Positions 7,510-16,491 of a DNA stretch of 64,000 bases are shown piece after piece. Position 1 is the first letter of the stretch; every line of letters starts with the position of its first letter. The stretch is from a virus (Duplodnaviria; Caudoviricetes): IMG/VR virus record IMGVR_UViG_3300028197_000002, one strand, 5' to 3'. The translations under genes and the position numbers were made by a program. Under the pieces are notes generated by a model. That model ran no database searches. It saw only the letters and a list, made by a program, of their open reading frames with translations, and was not told where the DNA came from.

Positions 7510-9036
7510 TTATCTTCTTTTTTCTAATTCGAAAGCTCTACCGTTAGATATTAATTTCAATATATGTTTATATGCTAATTCTGGTTTCATTTTTTTAAAT
7601 CTATTGTGATGTATAGCATCTGTCACAAAAGTTTTATCTTCTCCATCTATATTAGCTAAAATTCTTCCATCTTTAATCCATCCTGACAATACTACTTTTG
7701 GGATTGAAGGCTTTGGATCAAATTGAAGTTTGAGTTGTGTGTTTTCTTCCATGTCTTCAAACTCTATTTCTGTTTCTGTAACCTTATCTTCTATTCCATG
7801 TATTATCATTTTAGAAGCCTTTGCTATATTTTGTCTCCTAGCTTTAACATCATCACCTTTAGCTCGCCATAAAGCCAAGTAATTAGGGGCATCTTTGGTT
7901 TCAAAACCAAAATGATGACAAACAACATAGGCAGTTGTCTCAGCGTCTATTTCTTTTTGTTGTCTTGAAGATTGTTTTCCCAGATCAGATTTTTTACTTT
8001 TCTTTTCAAGCCAATGAAGTATTTCATGGGCTGTCTCATGAACCAAAGTGCTAAAAAGGTTCACTCCTTTAAACTTATTGTTGATAGCTATTTTGCCACC
8101 AGCAGAGTAACCGCCTAGGTCTTCAGCCATGTCTTCATAATCAACATTTATACTTTTTTCTTTATTCCATTTTACTAAAGAATTGATAAGAACATTAAGT
8201 TCTTCTACATCTTCATTAGTATCGCTACTCCAGTCTTTTCTATCAAGTGGCTTAAAAGAACTAGGATTACCCGGAATAGGGTCTGTTGCTGAATAATCAT
8301 AAACCTTAACAGCTCTAAAAAACTTAAGTTGAACCTTTTCTTTTTCTCCTGTGCTAGGGTTTTCTTTTTCTATATTTTTAAAATTAGGAGCAAATATAAC
8401 TATGCCTTTGTCCCAATTCGTAACTGTACGTCCTAGTTTTGTCCAATTTGTAGGAGAAGAAACATGCGCAGCTTGTCCTTTTGATTGAACATATATGAGA
8501 ATTTGATTTGCCAAGCTATAATTATGGAATTTAGAAGAAAACTTTAAAAAATCTTTTATGAAACGTTGTTTTCCAGCTTCATCTGTAGAGTTGGCAACTT
8601 TTTCTATTAAGTTTTCTATATTGTCAACTAACTTTTTAAGTTTAGCATCCGTTCCTTTTTTTAGTTCTCCTTCTAGTGAGTCTTGTACGTCTTGAAAGAA
8701 ATCTTCCGTCTCTTGAGAACTTTTATTTTTTACTACACTAGAACTCGAAGGAGGACTAGTCATTGTTTTTTCTAGGCCACTTAAATCAACTCCCAAATCA
8801 ACTAAAGATTGTTTAATATTTTCGAATTTAGATACTCCAATAGACCAAGTTCCTTTGAAGTATTTTAATCCTAATTTTTTCAATTCGTTTTTTATTGGAT
8901 AGGTTGCTCCATATAAAACAACAAATTCTTTTTCGCTGAAGGACTTGGAGGAATCATATTTTGGATTTTCTTTTTTATAAACTCGAACCCCTGTCGAATC
9001 TTCTTCCTCTAAAACTAGCCACTCTGAAAATTGCAT
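7510..9036 (-). CDS. ArdC-like ssDNA-binding + HExxH metallopeptidase-domain protein
   Basis: FSSKFHNYSLANQILIY...WTKLGRTV...IFAP (ArdC N-terminal-like); TLVHETAHEILH...EIDAETTAYVVCHHFG (HExxH); start moved to ATG 9036 because of GAGGG SD and TGA-T-ATG coupling. Confidence 0.75.
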   Translation of the reverse strand: MQFSEWLVLEEEDSTGVRVYKKENPKYDSSKSFSEKEFVVLYGATYPIKNELKKLGLKYFKGTWSIGVSKFENIKQSLVDLGVDLSGLEKTMTSPPSSSSVVKNKSSQETEDFFQDVQDSLEGELKKGTDAKLKKLVDNIENLIEKVANSTDEAGKQRFIKDFLKFSSKFHNYSLANQILIYVQSKGQAAHVSSPTNWTKLGRTVTNWDKGIVIFAPNFKNIEKENPSTGEKEKVQLKFFRAVKVYDYSATDPIPGNPSSFKPLDRKDWSSDTNEDVEELNVLINSLVKWNKEKSINVDYEDMAEDLGGYSAGGKIAINNKFKGVNLFSTLVHETAHEILHWLEKKSKKSDLGKQSSRQQKEIDAETTAYVVCHHFGFETKDAPNYLALWRAKGDDVKARRQNIAKASKMIIHGIEDKVTETEIEFEDMEENTQLKLQFDPKPSIPKVVLSGWIKDGRILANIDGEDKTFVTDAIHHNRFKKMKPELAYKHILKLISNGRAFELEKRR

Positions 9037-9037
9037 A

Positions 9038-9286
9038 TCAACCCTCTTTTTCAATTTTATCTTTTTGTTCGTTTTCATTAATAAGACTTTCTTCTTCTTT
9101 TTGTCTTCTTAAAACACAAACGCATGTTGGAAACTGTGCATTCTCAGAGTAATTAGAGCCACTAGAAGGCATGCCAGTTTCTCTAATAGGCTCCCAACCA
9201 TCTGAAATTAATTTTTCAAGCGGTTTAACAGAAGTGTTCGCGTCTTCTTCTAAAGTCAAAATGACATATTTGTAATCATATTCCAT
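9038..9286 (-). CDS. Hypothetical protein
   Basis: MEYDYKYVILTL...LISDGWEPI; probable ATG 9286, no SD. Confidence 0.55.
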   Translation of the reverse strand: MEYDYKYVILTLEEDANTSVKPLEKLISDGWEPIRETGMPSSGSNYSENAQFPTCVCVLRRQKEEESLINENEQKDKIEKEG

Positions 9287-9333
9287 ATTTTTATATATCA
9301 CATTTTTTCTAAATATGTGATATATAAAAATAT
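9285..9333. repeat. Perfect 19-bp inverted repeat between divergent genes
   Basis: ATATTTTTATATATCACAT (9285-9303), 11-nt spacer, ATGTGATATATAAAAATAT (9315-9333). Confidence 0.9.
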
Positions 9334-9353
9334 AAGGTTATTGGAGAAGAAAA

Positions 9354-9902
9354 ATGAATAAAACTTTTGAAGAATGGCTTAAACTTCGAGAAGAGGGCGG
9401 AGCATCAGGTGGATCAGGCGGAGCATCAGGTGGATCAGGCGGAGCATCAGGTGGATCAGGCGGAGCATCAGGTGGATCAGGCGGAGCATCAGGTGGATCA
9501 GGCGGAGCATCAGGTGGATCAAGTGGAGCATCAGGTGGATCAAGTGGAGCATCAGGTGGATCAAGTGGAGCATCAGGTGGATCAAGTGGAGCATCAGGTG
9601 GATCAAGTGGAGCATCAGGTGGATCAAGTGGAGCATCAGGTGGCGAATCAGGCGGCGACTCGGGTGGAACACCACTGGGAGGTGACTCGGGTGACTCTGA
9701 AGGCGACTCAGAATCCAATGACTCAGGATCAGATCCAAATGATTCCGCTACAACATCTAAAGACATTGCTAAACGTCCATACAGAGTAGGTTTTTATCCT
9801 TGGGGATTTGGACATTGGGTTCAGAAAAAGAAAAAGAAGAAATGCAAATACGGCAAAAGAAAAGATGGTAAATGCAGAAAAACTAAAAAGAGGAAAAAAT
9901 AA
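9354..9902 (+). CDS. Gly/Ser-repeat protein with polybasic C-terminus, probable internal head protein
   Basis: MNKTFEEWLKLREE + (GASGGSG/S)x11 + acidic linker + KKKKKKCKYGKRKDGKCRKTKKRKK; GGAG SD. Confidence 0.7.
   Translation: MNKTFEEWLKLREEGGASGGSGGASGGSGGASGGSGGASGGSGGASGGSGGASGGSSGASGGSSGASGGSSGASGGSSGASGGSSGASGGSSGASGGESGGDSGGTPLGGDSGDSEGDSESNDSGSDPNDSATTSKDIAKRPYRVGFYPWGFGHWVQKKKKKKCKYGKRKDGKCRKTKKRKK
9399..9643 (+). repeat. 21-nt coding tandem repeat, 11 full copies plus a partial copy
   Basis: GGAGCATCAGGTGGATCAGGC x5, then GGAGCATCAGGTGGATCAAGT x6, then a partial unit. Confidence 0.95.
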
Positions 9903-9913
9903 AAAGAGGAAAC

Positions 9914-10762
9914 ATGGATAAAGATAAAGTTGGTTTTTGTTTCACTGGAGAAGGTGCCCGAGGAGCAATTCAAGCCGGTATTGCTTTAAGTCTTTTCAAA
10001 AAAGGGATTAAACCAGACTTTACAATAGGAATATCTTCAGGATCTATTTGTGCATCTTCTTACTGTTATCTAGGTCCCGAAGGATTAGCTGACTTATGGT
10101 CTAGCGTAAAAAGTATTTTTAGTGTTTTTAGAATTAATTATAACTTTCTTTGGAAAAGAGGGTTGATGAATCAAAAACCAATGGAAAAAATACTTTCTGA
10201 TGCAATGAAAAATGACCCTATTTGCGAAAGTGTAGTAATTCGAATGAATATAGAAGATGGGTTCATGGACTATGTATCTAATAAATCAACTACTACAGAG
10301 GAGTTCAAAGAAGCTGTTTTGGCAAGTGTTGCAATAACTTCTTTAGTTGAAGATAGAGATGGATGGGTTGATGCCGGAAGTAGACAAATCGCTCCTTTAG
10401 AACAATGTATACATTCAGGATGCAATAAAATATACGTCATAATGGGAAGAAGATTGACTATAGATCCGTGGCGTAAACCAGAAGGCTTTTTAAGCTCTCT
10501 TAAAATGGGTTTTAGAGCATTTGATATAGCGTTACAGGAAATAATGATTAGAGATATTAATCGTTGTTTGAAAAAGATAGGAGATATGGATTATAAAGGA
10601 ATTGATATTTATTTGGTTGAACCAAATGAAACTTTTTATGAATCCGCAAATTTTAAAAAATGTAAAGATGGAGTCGTTTATGGAGAAGAAGGTAATTATC
10701 ACATCCAAGACAAAAAAGCTTTACAGTTAAATAATTTTTTGAAAGGTTATGAAGATGTTTGA
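9914..10762 (+). CDS. Patatin-like phospholipase
   Basis: GEGARG (oxyanion loop), GISSG (GxSxG nucleophile), WVDAG (DGG-like Asp). Confidence 0.85.
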   Translation: MDKDKVGFCFTGEGARGAIQAGIALSLFKKGIKPDFTIGISSGSICASSYCYLGPEGLADLWSSVKSIFSVFRINYNFLWKRGLMNQKPMEKILSDAMKNDPICESVVIRMNIEDGFMDYVSNKSTTTEEFKEAVLASVAITSLVEDRDGWVDAGSRQIAPLEQCIHSGCNKIYVIMGRRLTIDPWRKPEGFLSSLKMGFRAFDIALQEIMIRDINRCLKKIGDMDYKGIDIYLVEPNETFYESANFKKCKDGVVYGEEGNYHIQDKKALQLNNFLKGYEDV

Positions 10763-10979
10763 AAGAGAAGAAATAGATTATTCTGAAGAATCCTCTGGTA
10801 TTTTTTTGGAATCTAAAAAAAATACCAGAGATGAAGAAAAACTTAAAGAAGCATGGGCTTGTTGCTTTTTAGCTACTCATGCTCCTTCTTTTGAAGACTT
10901 TTCTAAATTAACTAATTTGAATATCACAAAAAGAAAGTACGAAGAACTTTGTAAAAAAATGTTTAAAAAATTTAGCTAA
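10749..10979 (+). CDS. Hypothetical protein
   Basis: Overlaps the upstream stop; 76 aa. Confidence 0.5.
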   Translation: MKMFEREEIDYSEESSGIFLESKKNTRDEEKLKEAWACCFLATHAPSFEDFSKLTNLNITKRKYEELCKKMFKKFS

Positions 10980-11388
10980 TCCAAAAAACAAAATCATCTA
11001 GTTCTTCATCAAACGCAGATTCAACTATTCCTTTTGAAGCAAGAATGGCAAGAGTATTACTTATTATTCTTGTGTGAATGCATTTCAATATATCGAAATA
11101 CATTCCTTCAGAAACAATCATTTTTCCATCCCTATGTTTTATCATAGGGAACATTAAAACTTCACACTCATGATCGGAGATTATCTGATTGTTGATTTCT
11201 TCAAAATCAAGTTTAGCTTTACTGGCAATCTCTATAAATTCACTTGTTATTTTATTTGTAACTTCATCATATTCTTCTTCAATATCTTTTTCTTCTACAA
11301 AAGTTTTAAAATTATCCACAGCTACTTTTTTTGTTTCTTTAACAAAAAAATTAAAATCTTTTATTAAATAATAGTTTTCTTTGCTCAT
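10972..11388 (-). CDS. Hypothetical acidic protein
   Basis: 138-aa ORF; TAAATT-N5-ATG upstream. Confidence 0.6.
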   Translation of the reverse strand: MSKENYYLIKDFNFFVKETKKVAVDNFKTFVEEKDIEEEYDEVTNKITSEFIEIASKAKLDFEEINNQIISDHECEVLMFPMIKHRDGKMIVSEGMYFDILKCIHTRIISNTLAILASKGIVESAFDEELDDFVFWIS

Positions 11389-11417
11389 AGTATAATTTAG
11401 TTATTAAGAACATAATT

Positions 11418-12299
11418 TTAATCAACATGTAAATTATATTCTTCAAGATAAGAATCTACTACCGATGCCACATAAGAAGCATGGGGAGACATATCTCTCA
11501 GTTGCAGAAGCCTCGAAAAAGGACTGGATTTTTCTGCTAGGAAAATTCCGTCCTTGTTTTTATAATAGTGTTTGCTGAAAGAAGGAGGTATTCCTTTGTC
11601 ATAATGTATAAAAGGAACATCAATTTCATCTGTTATATTACAAGACAAAACATCTCCTGATATTTCGCAATGCCCTACTGATTTTAAAAGGCTTTTTTTC
11701 CAAGAGGATTTTTCAAAAAATCTTCTATACTTTTCTTCTTGGTCTCCTCCAATAGAATTAATAACGTCTGCTAATAAAAAATTAAAAAAGTTTTCTTTAA
11801 AAGAATCAGTAGTATTTTCATCATGATTAAAAACTATAGGATGTGAGTAGTAAAAATTATTTAAAGATTTAAGAACTCCTGTTTTAATTAGATTATTTTT
11901 AATTTCATCAAAATCTATAAACATATCAATTTCTTCATCTTCTAATTGATATGTGTTTGTTGTTATATTAGATTCATATGGTTGAATAGGTTTGTTCAAA
12001 ACCATGTCGGAGTGTATCAGTGTAAATGGAAATGTCAAAATGTTTTTACGCAAGGCTACTGTCAGAGAATAGATTCTGTTTAATTCCAAACAATCATTTT
12101 CCCTACCTAAATTTCTATGAGTGATGCAATTCTTATGCTTAGATAAGTTCAGTATATAAGGCGTACTTTTAATAGTTTCATTTTCGGCTATGGCAATAAT
12201 AAGATCGTCTTCAATTCCATGCATTTTAAAACTTTGGATTAGAAGTTCAGTCTGCCAATAGAAGTAGTCTATATTTTCTATGCTTACAAAATATTTCAT
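11418..12299 (-). CDS. Glycosyltransferase-like protein resembling HPAT/SERGT1-type protein O-glycosyltransferases
   Basis: YFYWQTELLIQSFK resembles YFDWQ....+.SF; LIHSDMVL sits at the DxD-equivalent position; C-terminal FIHY. Confidence 0.45.
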   Translation of the reverse strand: MKYFVSIENIDYFYWQTELLIQSFKMHGIEDDLIIAIAENETIKSTPYILNLSKHKNCITHRNLGRENDCLELNRIYSLTVALRKNILTFPFTLIHSDMVLNKPIQPYESNITTNTYQLEDEEIDMFIDFDEIKNNLIKTGVLKSLNNFYYSHPIVFNHDENTTDSFKENFFNFLLADVINSIGGDQEEKYRRFFEKSSWKKSLLKSVGHCEISGDVLSCNITDEIDVPFIHYDKGIPPSFSKHYYKNKDGIFLAEKSSPFSRLLQLRDMSPHASYVASVVDSYLEEYNLHVD

Positions 12300-12328
12300 A
12301 AAATTATACTAGTAAGCAAATTTTAAAA

Positions 12329-13015
12329 TTACATTAAGTGTAGTTCTTTTTGATTGATATCATAAAACCCTCTTTCTGTTGGATCAAATAATTTACTATT
12401 CTCTCCATCAATTTTAGTAAGTTCGATATACATTGCGTCTACTGTAAATTTAACTCTCTCTACATCTTTTTTAATATCATTCGTATATCTAAGATGAGTT
12501 TTTCCTTCTTCTTGGTATTCTTCTGTAAGCGTATCTATTTCGAATTGTTCTTTGTCAACTATGGCGCAAACAGTTGCCTCATTTTTATTTTCATTTTTAT
12601 TTTTAATATACCATAATTTATGGTCGTTTTCATCCGCAATATCGGGTTTAAAAGAAATCTCAATTTTATTTTTACTTAAATTAAAATTTTCATTTGCTTT
12701 AAATCCAGCGCTATGAAGAATAAGGCAAATTTGCTCTGGAGTGGCATCTGTGGTTAATTCAAATTTCTTAGGAGTTTTATTTCTAAGGAAATCTCTAACT
12801 GTAGATCTGCACAGCAACAAGGTCTTTTTAGGCATTTTTATTTGCTTGGATGTATCATCCATTATTTCTATAGAGTTGCTTTTAGAAAAAGCTTCAATAA
12901 TAGGATTCATTTTAGAAGGAGGAACAAATCCTTCTTCTAATTTAATATATTGTTTTTTCCAATTTCCATCATCTTCGCCTTCTTTTTCTATTAAAAAATC
13001 TTTAAATTTTTTCAT
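12329..13015 (-). CDS. Degenerate CCA-adding/poly(A) polymerase head domain (pseudoenzyme)
   Basis: RSTVRDFLRNKTPKKFELTTDATPEQI aligns to GGxVRDLLLGKxPKDFDxxTxATPEQ; ERVKFTVDAMY aligns to RRDFTINAxY; ends after the head domain. Confidence 0.75.
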   Translation of the reverse strand: MKKFKDFLIEKEGEDDGNWKKQYIKLEEGFVPPSKMNPIIEAFSKSNSIEIMDDTSKQIKMPKKTLLLCRSTVRDFLRNKTPKKFELTTDATPEQICLILHSAGFKANENFNLSKNKIEISFKPDIADENDHKLWYIKNKNENKNEATVCAIVDKEQFEIDTLTEEYQEEGKTHLRYTNDIKKDVERVKFTVDAMYIELTKIDGENSKLFDPTERGFYDINQKELHLM

Positions 13016-13788
13016 TCCTCATCCTCATCTTTTTCTTTAGGATCATCAGGGCTTATGTCTCTTGCTGTTTTTCCTAACGGAAGAGGTTTTTTAGGCTTAA
13101 GCTGTATGCCAAGATCCAATTCATCGCCTTGTATGTTTCTGGAAACTATTTTAGGTTTTTCAAAATCAAAGTATTTTTCTAAATTTGTATGTTGCATTTT
13201 TATTACCTCTATAATAAGTGCAGTTGTAAATGCCACTGCTCTATCATAAGTGGCAGCGTTTTCCTGCTCCATTTCTCTAGTTACATGAGCGAATTTAGTA
13301 TCAGACTCTTTAGTTTCTCCTTCTTTTCTTATTCTTTTATCGTTTAAAATATCTTTTATTTTGTCTCGAATATTTTTTTTGTTTGTGCCGTAGCCTGATG
13401 GAGAAGTGCTTATGGTCATAGCATAATCGTCCTTATTAGGATCATTTCCAACCACTGGGACTTGAAGAGGAAGTTTCATATAAATTTCTAGTGGAACTCC
13501 TTCAGTAAGTCTTTTATAAATTAAAGGAACTTCTAGTCTTGAAACAGCAGTAGGTTTTACTAAATCTTTTTGAATAGCTTGGCCTAAAGCTCCCATGACG
13601 CCGCCGATTGCTCGTTCAACATCTCCCGGACTTGAGTCTTGACCGAATGTTCCTAAAGGTCCAATTCGTCCTATTCCAACGTTGCTTAATTCACTAGGCG
13701 TTTGATATCTTGTTCGTAATCTTGCTGGCCCAGCTTCATTTAATTGTTGTTCTTGTCGGCTTTTTAACCATTCATTAAAATTTTTCAT
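13012..13788 (-). CDS. Hypothetical protein, probable virion/internal protein
   Basis: MKNFNEWLKSRQE N-terminus; AGGA SD. Confidence 0.6.
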   Translation of the reverse strand: MKNFNEWLKSRQEQQLNEAGPARLRTRYQTPSELSNVGIGRIGPLGTFGQDSSPGDVERAIGGVMGALGQAIQKDLVKPTAVSRLEVPLIYKRLTEGVPLEIYMKLPLQVPVVGNDPNKDDYAMTISTSPSGYGTNKKNIRDKIKDILNDKRIRKEGETKESDTKFAHVTREMEQENAATYDRAVAFTTALIIEVIKMQHTNLEKYFDFEKPKIVSRNIQGDELDLGIQLKPKKPLPLGKTARDISPDDPKEKDEDEE

Positions 13789-13798
13789 AATTATTTTC

Positions 13799-14131
13799 CT
13801 ATAAGGGCGCTTCTAAACCTAATTTAAAAAGTAAATACGCAGCCATGATAACCCATAGTAGTTGTATTCCAAAATTAATAAACATATTCCATTTTTTTTC
13901 TTGACCACCTTGAGTAACTTCAACAGAGTGTATTCTCAAGTCTAATTTATGTATATTTTCTACTAATTTATTATTGTCAGAATTATTGATTTTGTTTTCT
14001 AATTTTTTAATGTCTTTTTTCAAAGATTCTATTTGAGACTCTAAATCTTTATTTTGAGCAACTTCACGTTCTATCTTATTCTCTGTGAGCCTTTGATAGT
14101 ACTTATTATGTGGATGAATCTCTTCTGACAT
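13799..14131 (-). CDS. Coiled-coil protein with C-terminal TM helix (holin/XhlA-like architecture)
   Basis: Heptad-rich N-terminus then WNMFINFGIQLLWVIMAAYLLFKLG. Confidence 0.4.
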   Translation of the reverse strand: MSEEIHPHNKYYQRLTENKIEREVAQNKDLESQIESLKKDIKKLENKINNSDNNKLVENIHKLDLRIHSVEVTQGGQEKKWNMFINFGIQLLWVIMAAYLLFKLGLEAPL

Positions 14132-14182
14132 AGTTTCTCTTTTTTTTTAACATTATTTGCTACAATTTATATATATTATATT

Positions 14183-14653
14183 ATGCCTAATAAAGAAGAA
14201 GAATTAATAAAATCAAAAGATGACGCTCTGATTGAAAAAGAAAAGCAAGAATTGGTTAAAAAAGAAGAACAAGAAAATTGCATAATAAGCGATGAAAATC
14301 TTCTTGGTGTATATGGGGAAGTAATGACTAATTTGAGGTCAGACAGAGATCAAATTTCTAATCTGGTGGATACTTTTTCGAATATGGTGATAAATGACGG
14401 AGATTGTTCTACTTCTAGCAAAGAGGCATTAGTTAATTTGCTAAAAACAAAAATAGACACTAGCGACAAAATGTCAAAAATAGCGGATTTAATGACGAGG
14501 ATAAAACTCAAGCAACCAGACACTTTCAAGCCATATATGAATGGCAGTAAAAAAGATAACGGAAATACAATAAATATTTATGATTCTAGTGGCATCAACA
14601 GAAAGTCTTTGATGGAAAAAATTCAGAAGGAAAAAAATAATGAACAAAAATAA
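14183..14653 (+). CDS. Hypothetical helical protein
   Basis: First gene of the long + strand operon; TATATT-N5-ATG upstream. Confidence 0.6.
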   Translation: MPNKEEELIKSKDDALIEKEKQELVKKEEQENCIISDENLLGVYGEVMTNLRSDRDQISNLVDTFSNMVINDGDCSTSSKEALVNLLKTKIDTSDKMSKIADLMTRIKLKQPDTFKPYMNGSKKDNGNTINIYDSSGINRKSLMEKIQKEKNNEQK

Positions 14654-15995
14654 TTTACAAGACTGGTTAGCAGAACAAGATTCTACTTCAGCTCCAGACG
14701 GCGCAGTAGGTCCTCCTACGTCACAACCTGATTTTGCTGACACTATGATTCAAAAAGGACAAGATCCACTTGATCCTAATGCTCCTGTTGAAGATCCGGC
14801 ATTAGCTGCATCTATGGGAATGGAAGATGAAGAATCTAAACCTGAAGATGAAGATTCTGCTCCGGAAGATAGTGTTGAGGATGAAATTGAAGAACCAGAA
14901 TTCCCCGACTTCCCAGAAGAAGAAAAAGATTTAGAAGATGATTTTGATTCTTGGAAAGAAAACTATTTTAGAGAATCAGTAAGTGGTAATTCAGCTAAGT
15001 TATTAGATTTGCTTTATCCTATGAGAAGCAAAGAAGAAGAATTAGAACCTTATCAAAGAAAGTTTGTTGAAGACAATATAAACATTCAACTAATAAGATT
15101 AAATGCAAATGTAGAAAAAGCAAGCAAAGCAATAAGAAAAAGTACAAAGCAGCAATTAGATAAAAACAACCCTTCTACAAGTTTAGTTGCGCATATCAAT
15201 ATGGTTTTAGATTCAATGCCTGATGTGAGCAACATATTTATAAAGATGACAGGATACTCAGGATACAAAGGCGAGCTTCATAGAAAGTTCATAGGAGCTT
15301 TAATAGGAGGCGTTCAAGTTAGCAGTAGCCCAGATAAAGAAAATTTAATTTTAAATGACAAAGAGTATTCAATAAAAATATCAACTAGATTGAATTCCGA
15401 ATGGGGCGATGTATCTTTAGGAAGTTGGTCCTTAAAAGAAGACGATCCAGAGAAGTATCTGTCTGAGCCTGAACTTGCACGATTAACAGAAGGCAGTCCA
15501 GAAGAAAGAGACATACTTAGAAAAAGAGTAATCATTGAATCAATATCAAAACAATTTGAAGAACAATCTTTTATAGTCAATGTAGTTGATGAAGATGGAA
15601 CAATTGTTTACTTGGGTTGTGATATAGCTAATGCTCTTAGAGGAGCTTATTCAGATGGAAAACTAGTTGTTAAAAACGACAAGTCTTTAGACTCTGAAGC
15701 CATCATTGATGAAAATGGAACTATATTGGCAATGTCAGATCTAAAAATAAATTTTGTAAAAGAAACAGGTGAGTTCGATGCAGAAGGTCAACCAGTGACA
15801 GAAGAATTAAGTTTCATGCAAAAGAAAAATGGAATGCTGTTCTTAACAGCTTCTTATTCAACAATAAACGATGCTGCATACGTGATGCAGGGAACAGTCG
15901 TAAAAGAAACACCATATAAAGGAAACCCTAGTGACCTTAAAGACATAAGAAGTTGTGTCTACAGCTGTCACGATTTATTGATGAGGCAGTGCTAA
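14640..15995 (+). CDS. Hypothetical protein with acidic N-terminus, probable virion protein
   Basis: 451 aa; NLQDWLAE motif; P/E/D-rich N-terminal region. Confidence 0.6.
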   Translation: MNKNNLQDWLAEQDSTSAPDGAVGPPTSQPDFADTMIQKGQDPLDPNAPVEDPALAASMGMEDEESKPEDEDSAPEDSVEDEIEEPEFPDFPEEEKDLEDDFDSWKENYFRESVSGNSAKLLDLLYPMRSKEEELEPYQRKFVEDNINIQLIRLNANVEKASKAIRKSTKQQLDKNNPSTSLVAHINMVLDSMPDVSNIFIKMTGYSGYKGELHRKFIGALIGGVQVSSSPDKENLILNDKEYSIKISTRLNSEWGDVSLGSWSLKEDDPEKYLSEPELARLTEGSPEERDILRKRVIIESISKQFEEQSFIVNVVDEDGTIVYLGCDIANALRGAYSDGKLVVKNDKSLDSEAIIDENGTILAMSDLKINFVKETGEFDAEGQPVTEELSFMQKKNGMLFLTASYSTINDAAYVMQGTVVKETPYKGNPSDLKDIRSCVYSCHDLLMRQC

Positions 15996-16489
15996 TGAAA
16001 TTTTCAAGTTTTGTAGATGTTAAAAATAAAGAAATAATTGAAAAATTAAAAGTTCTTTCTAAAGTTATAGGTCAAGATTTTGAAGTTAAAGAATTCTTAG
16101 AAGATATGGAAAATCCTTATTTGTATGTTTCGCCTGAAAAAACAATGGATTTACCTTTTGATGGAGTTAGAGTTTATCAAATAGGATCTAGCTTTGCATA
16201 TAGAGTTCAAAATGAGAATACGTCTGAGCCTTATGGAACTGCCTATTCTTTAAATATAGAAAAAGCATATGAAGATTTAGCTCCTGATATGGAAGGCGTG
16301 AAAATGGCAAAAACTATATCCAACATTGTAATTGAAGAATTTGAAAGTTTTTTCAAACAAAGTTCTAAAGCAGAAGTTGATCAAAGATCAGTTTTATTTT
16401 CTAGAAATCCAGTATCTAAAAACAATGATGTATCTAATCAAGTCACTGTTGGTAGAGCTTTGGGTGATTATTCTAATTCGATTTATTAA
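15995..16489 (+). CDS. Hypothetical protein
   Basis: TAATG coupling to the upstream gene gives start MKFSSFV. Confidence 0.6.
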   Translation: MKFSSFVDVKNKEIIEKLKVLSKVIGQDFEVKEFLEDMENPYLYVSPEKTMDLPFDGVRVYQIGSSFAYRVQNENTSEPYGTAYSLNIEKAYEDLAPDMEGVKMAKTISNIVIEEFESFFKQSSKAEVDQRSVLFSRNPVSKNNDVSNQVTVGRALGDYSNSIY

Positions 16490-16491
16490 TC

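Noticed and set aside
9399-9643. 21-nt repeats as a CRISPR array
   Set aside because: Head-to-tail with no spacers; the unit is a multiple of 3 and in frame in an ORF with SD and sensible termini
9399-9643. GGA-rich repeat as a CsrB-like sponge for the phage CsrA
   Set aside because: The GGAs are Gly codons in GTGGA/GCGGA context, not the ANGGA hairpin-loop consensus, and lie inside a CDS
12300-12340. Frameshift or readthrough continuing the nucleotidyltransferase into ORF 11418-12299
   Set aside because: TAA is followed by an AT-rich 29-nt gap and an unrelated ORF; no CCA/PAP body-domain motifs downstream
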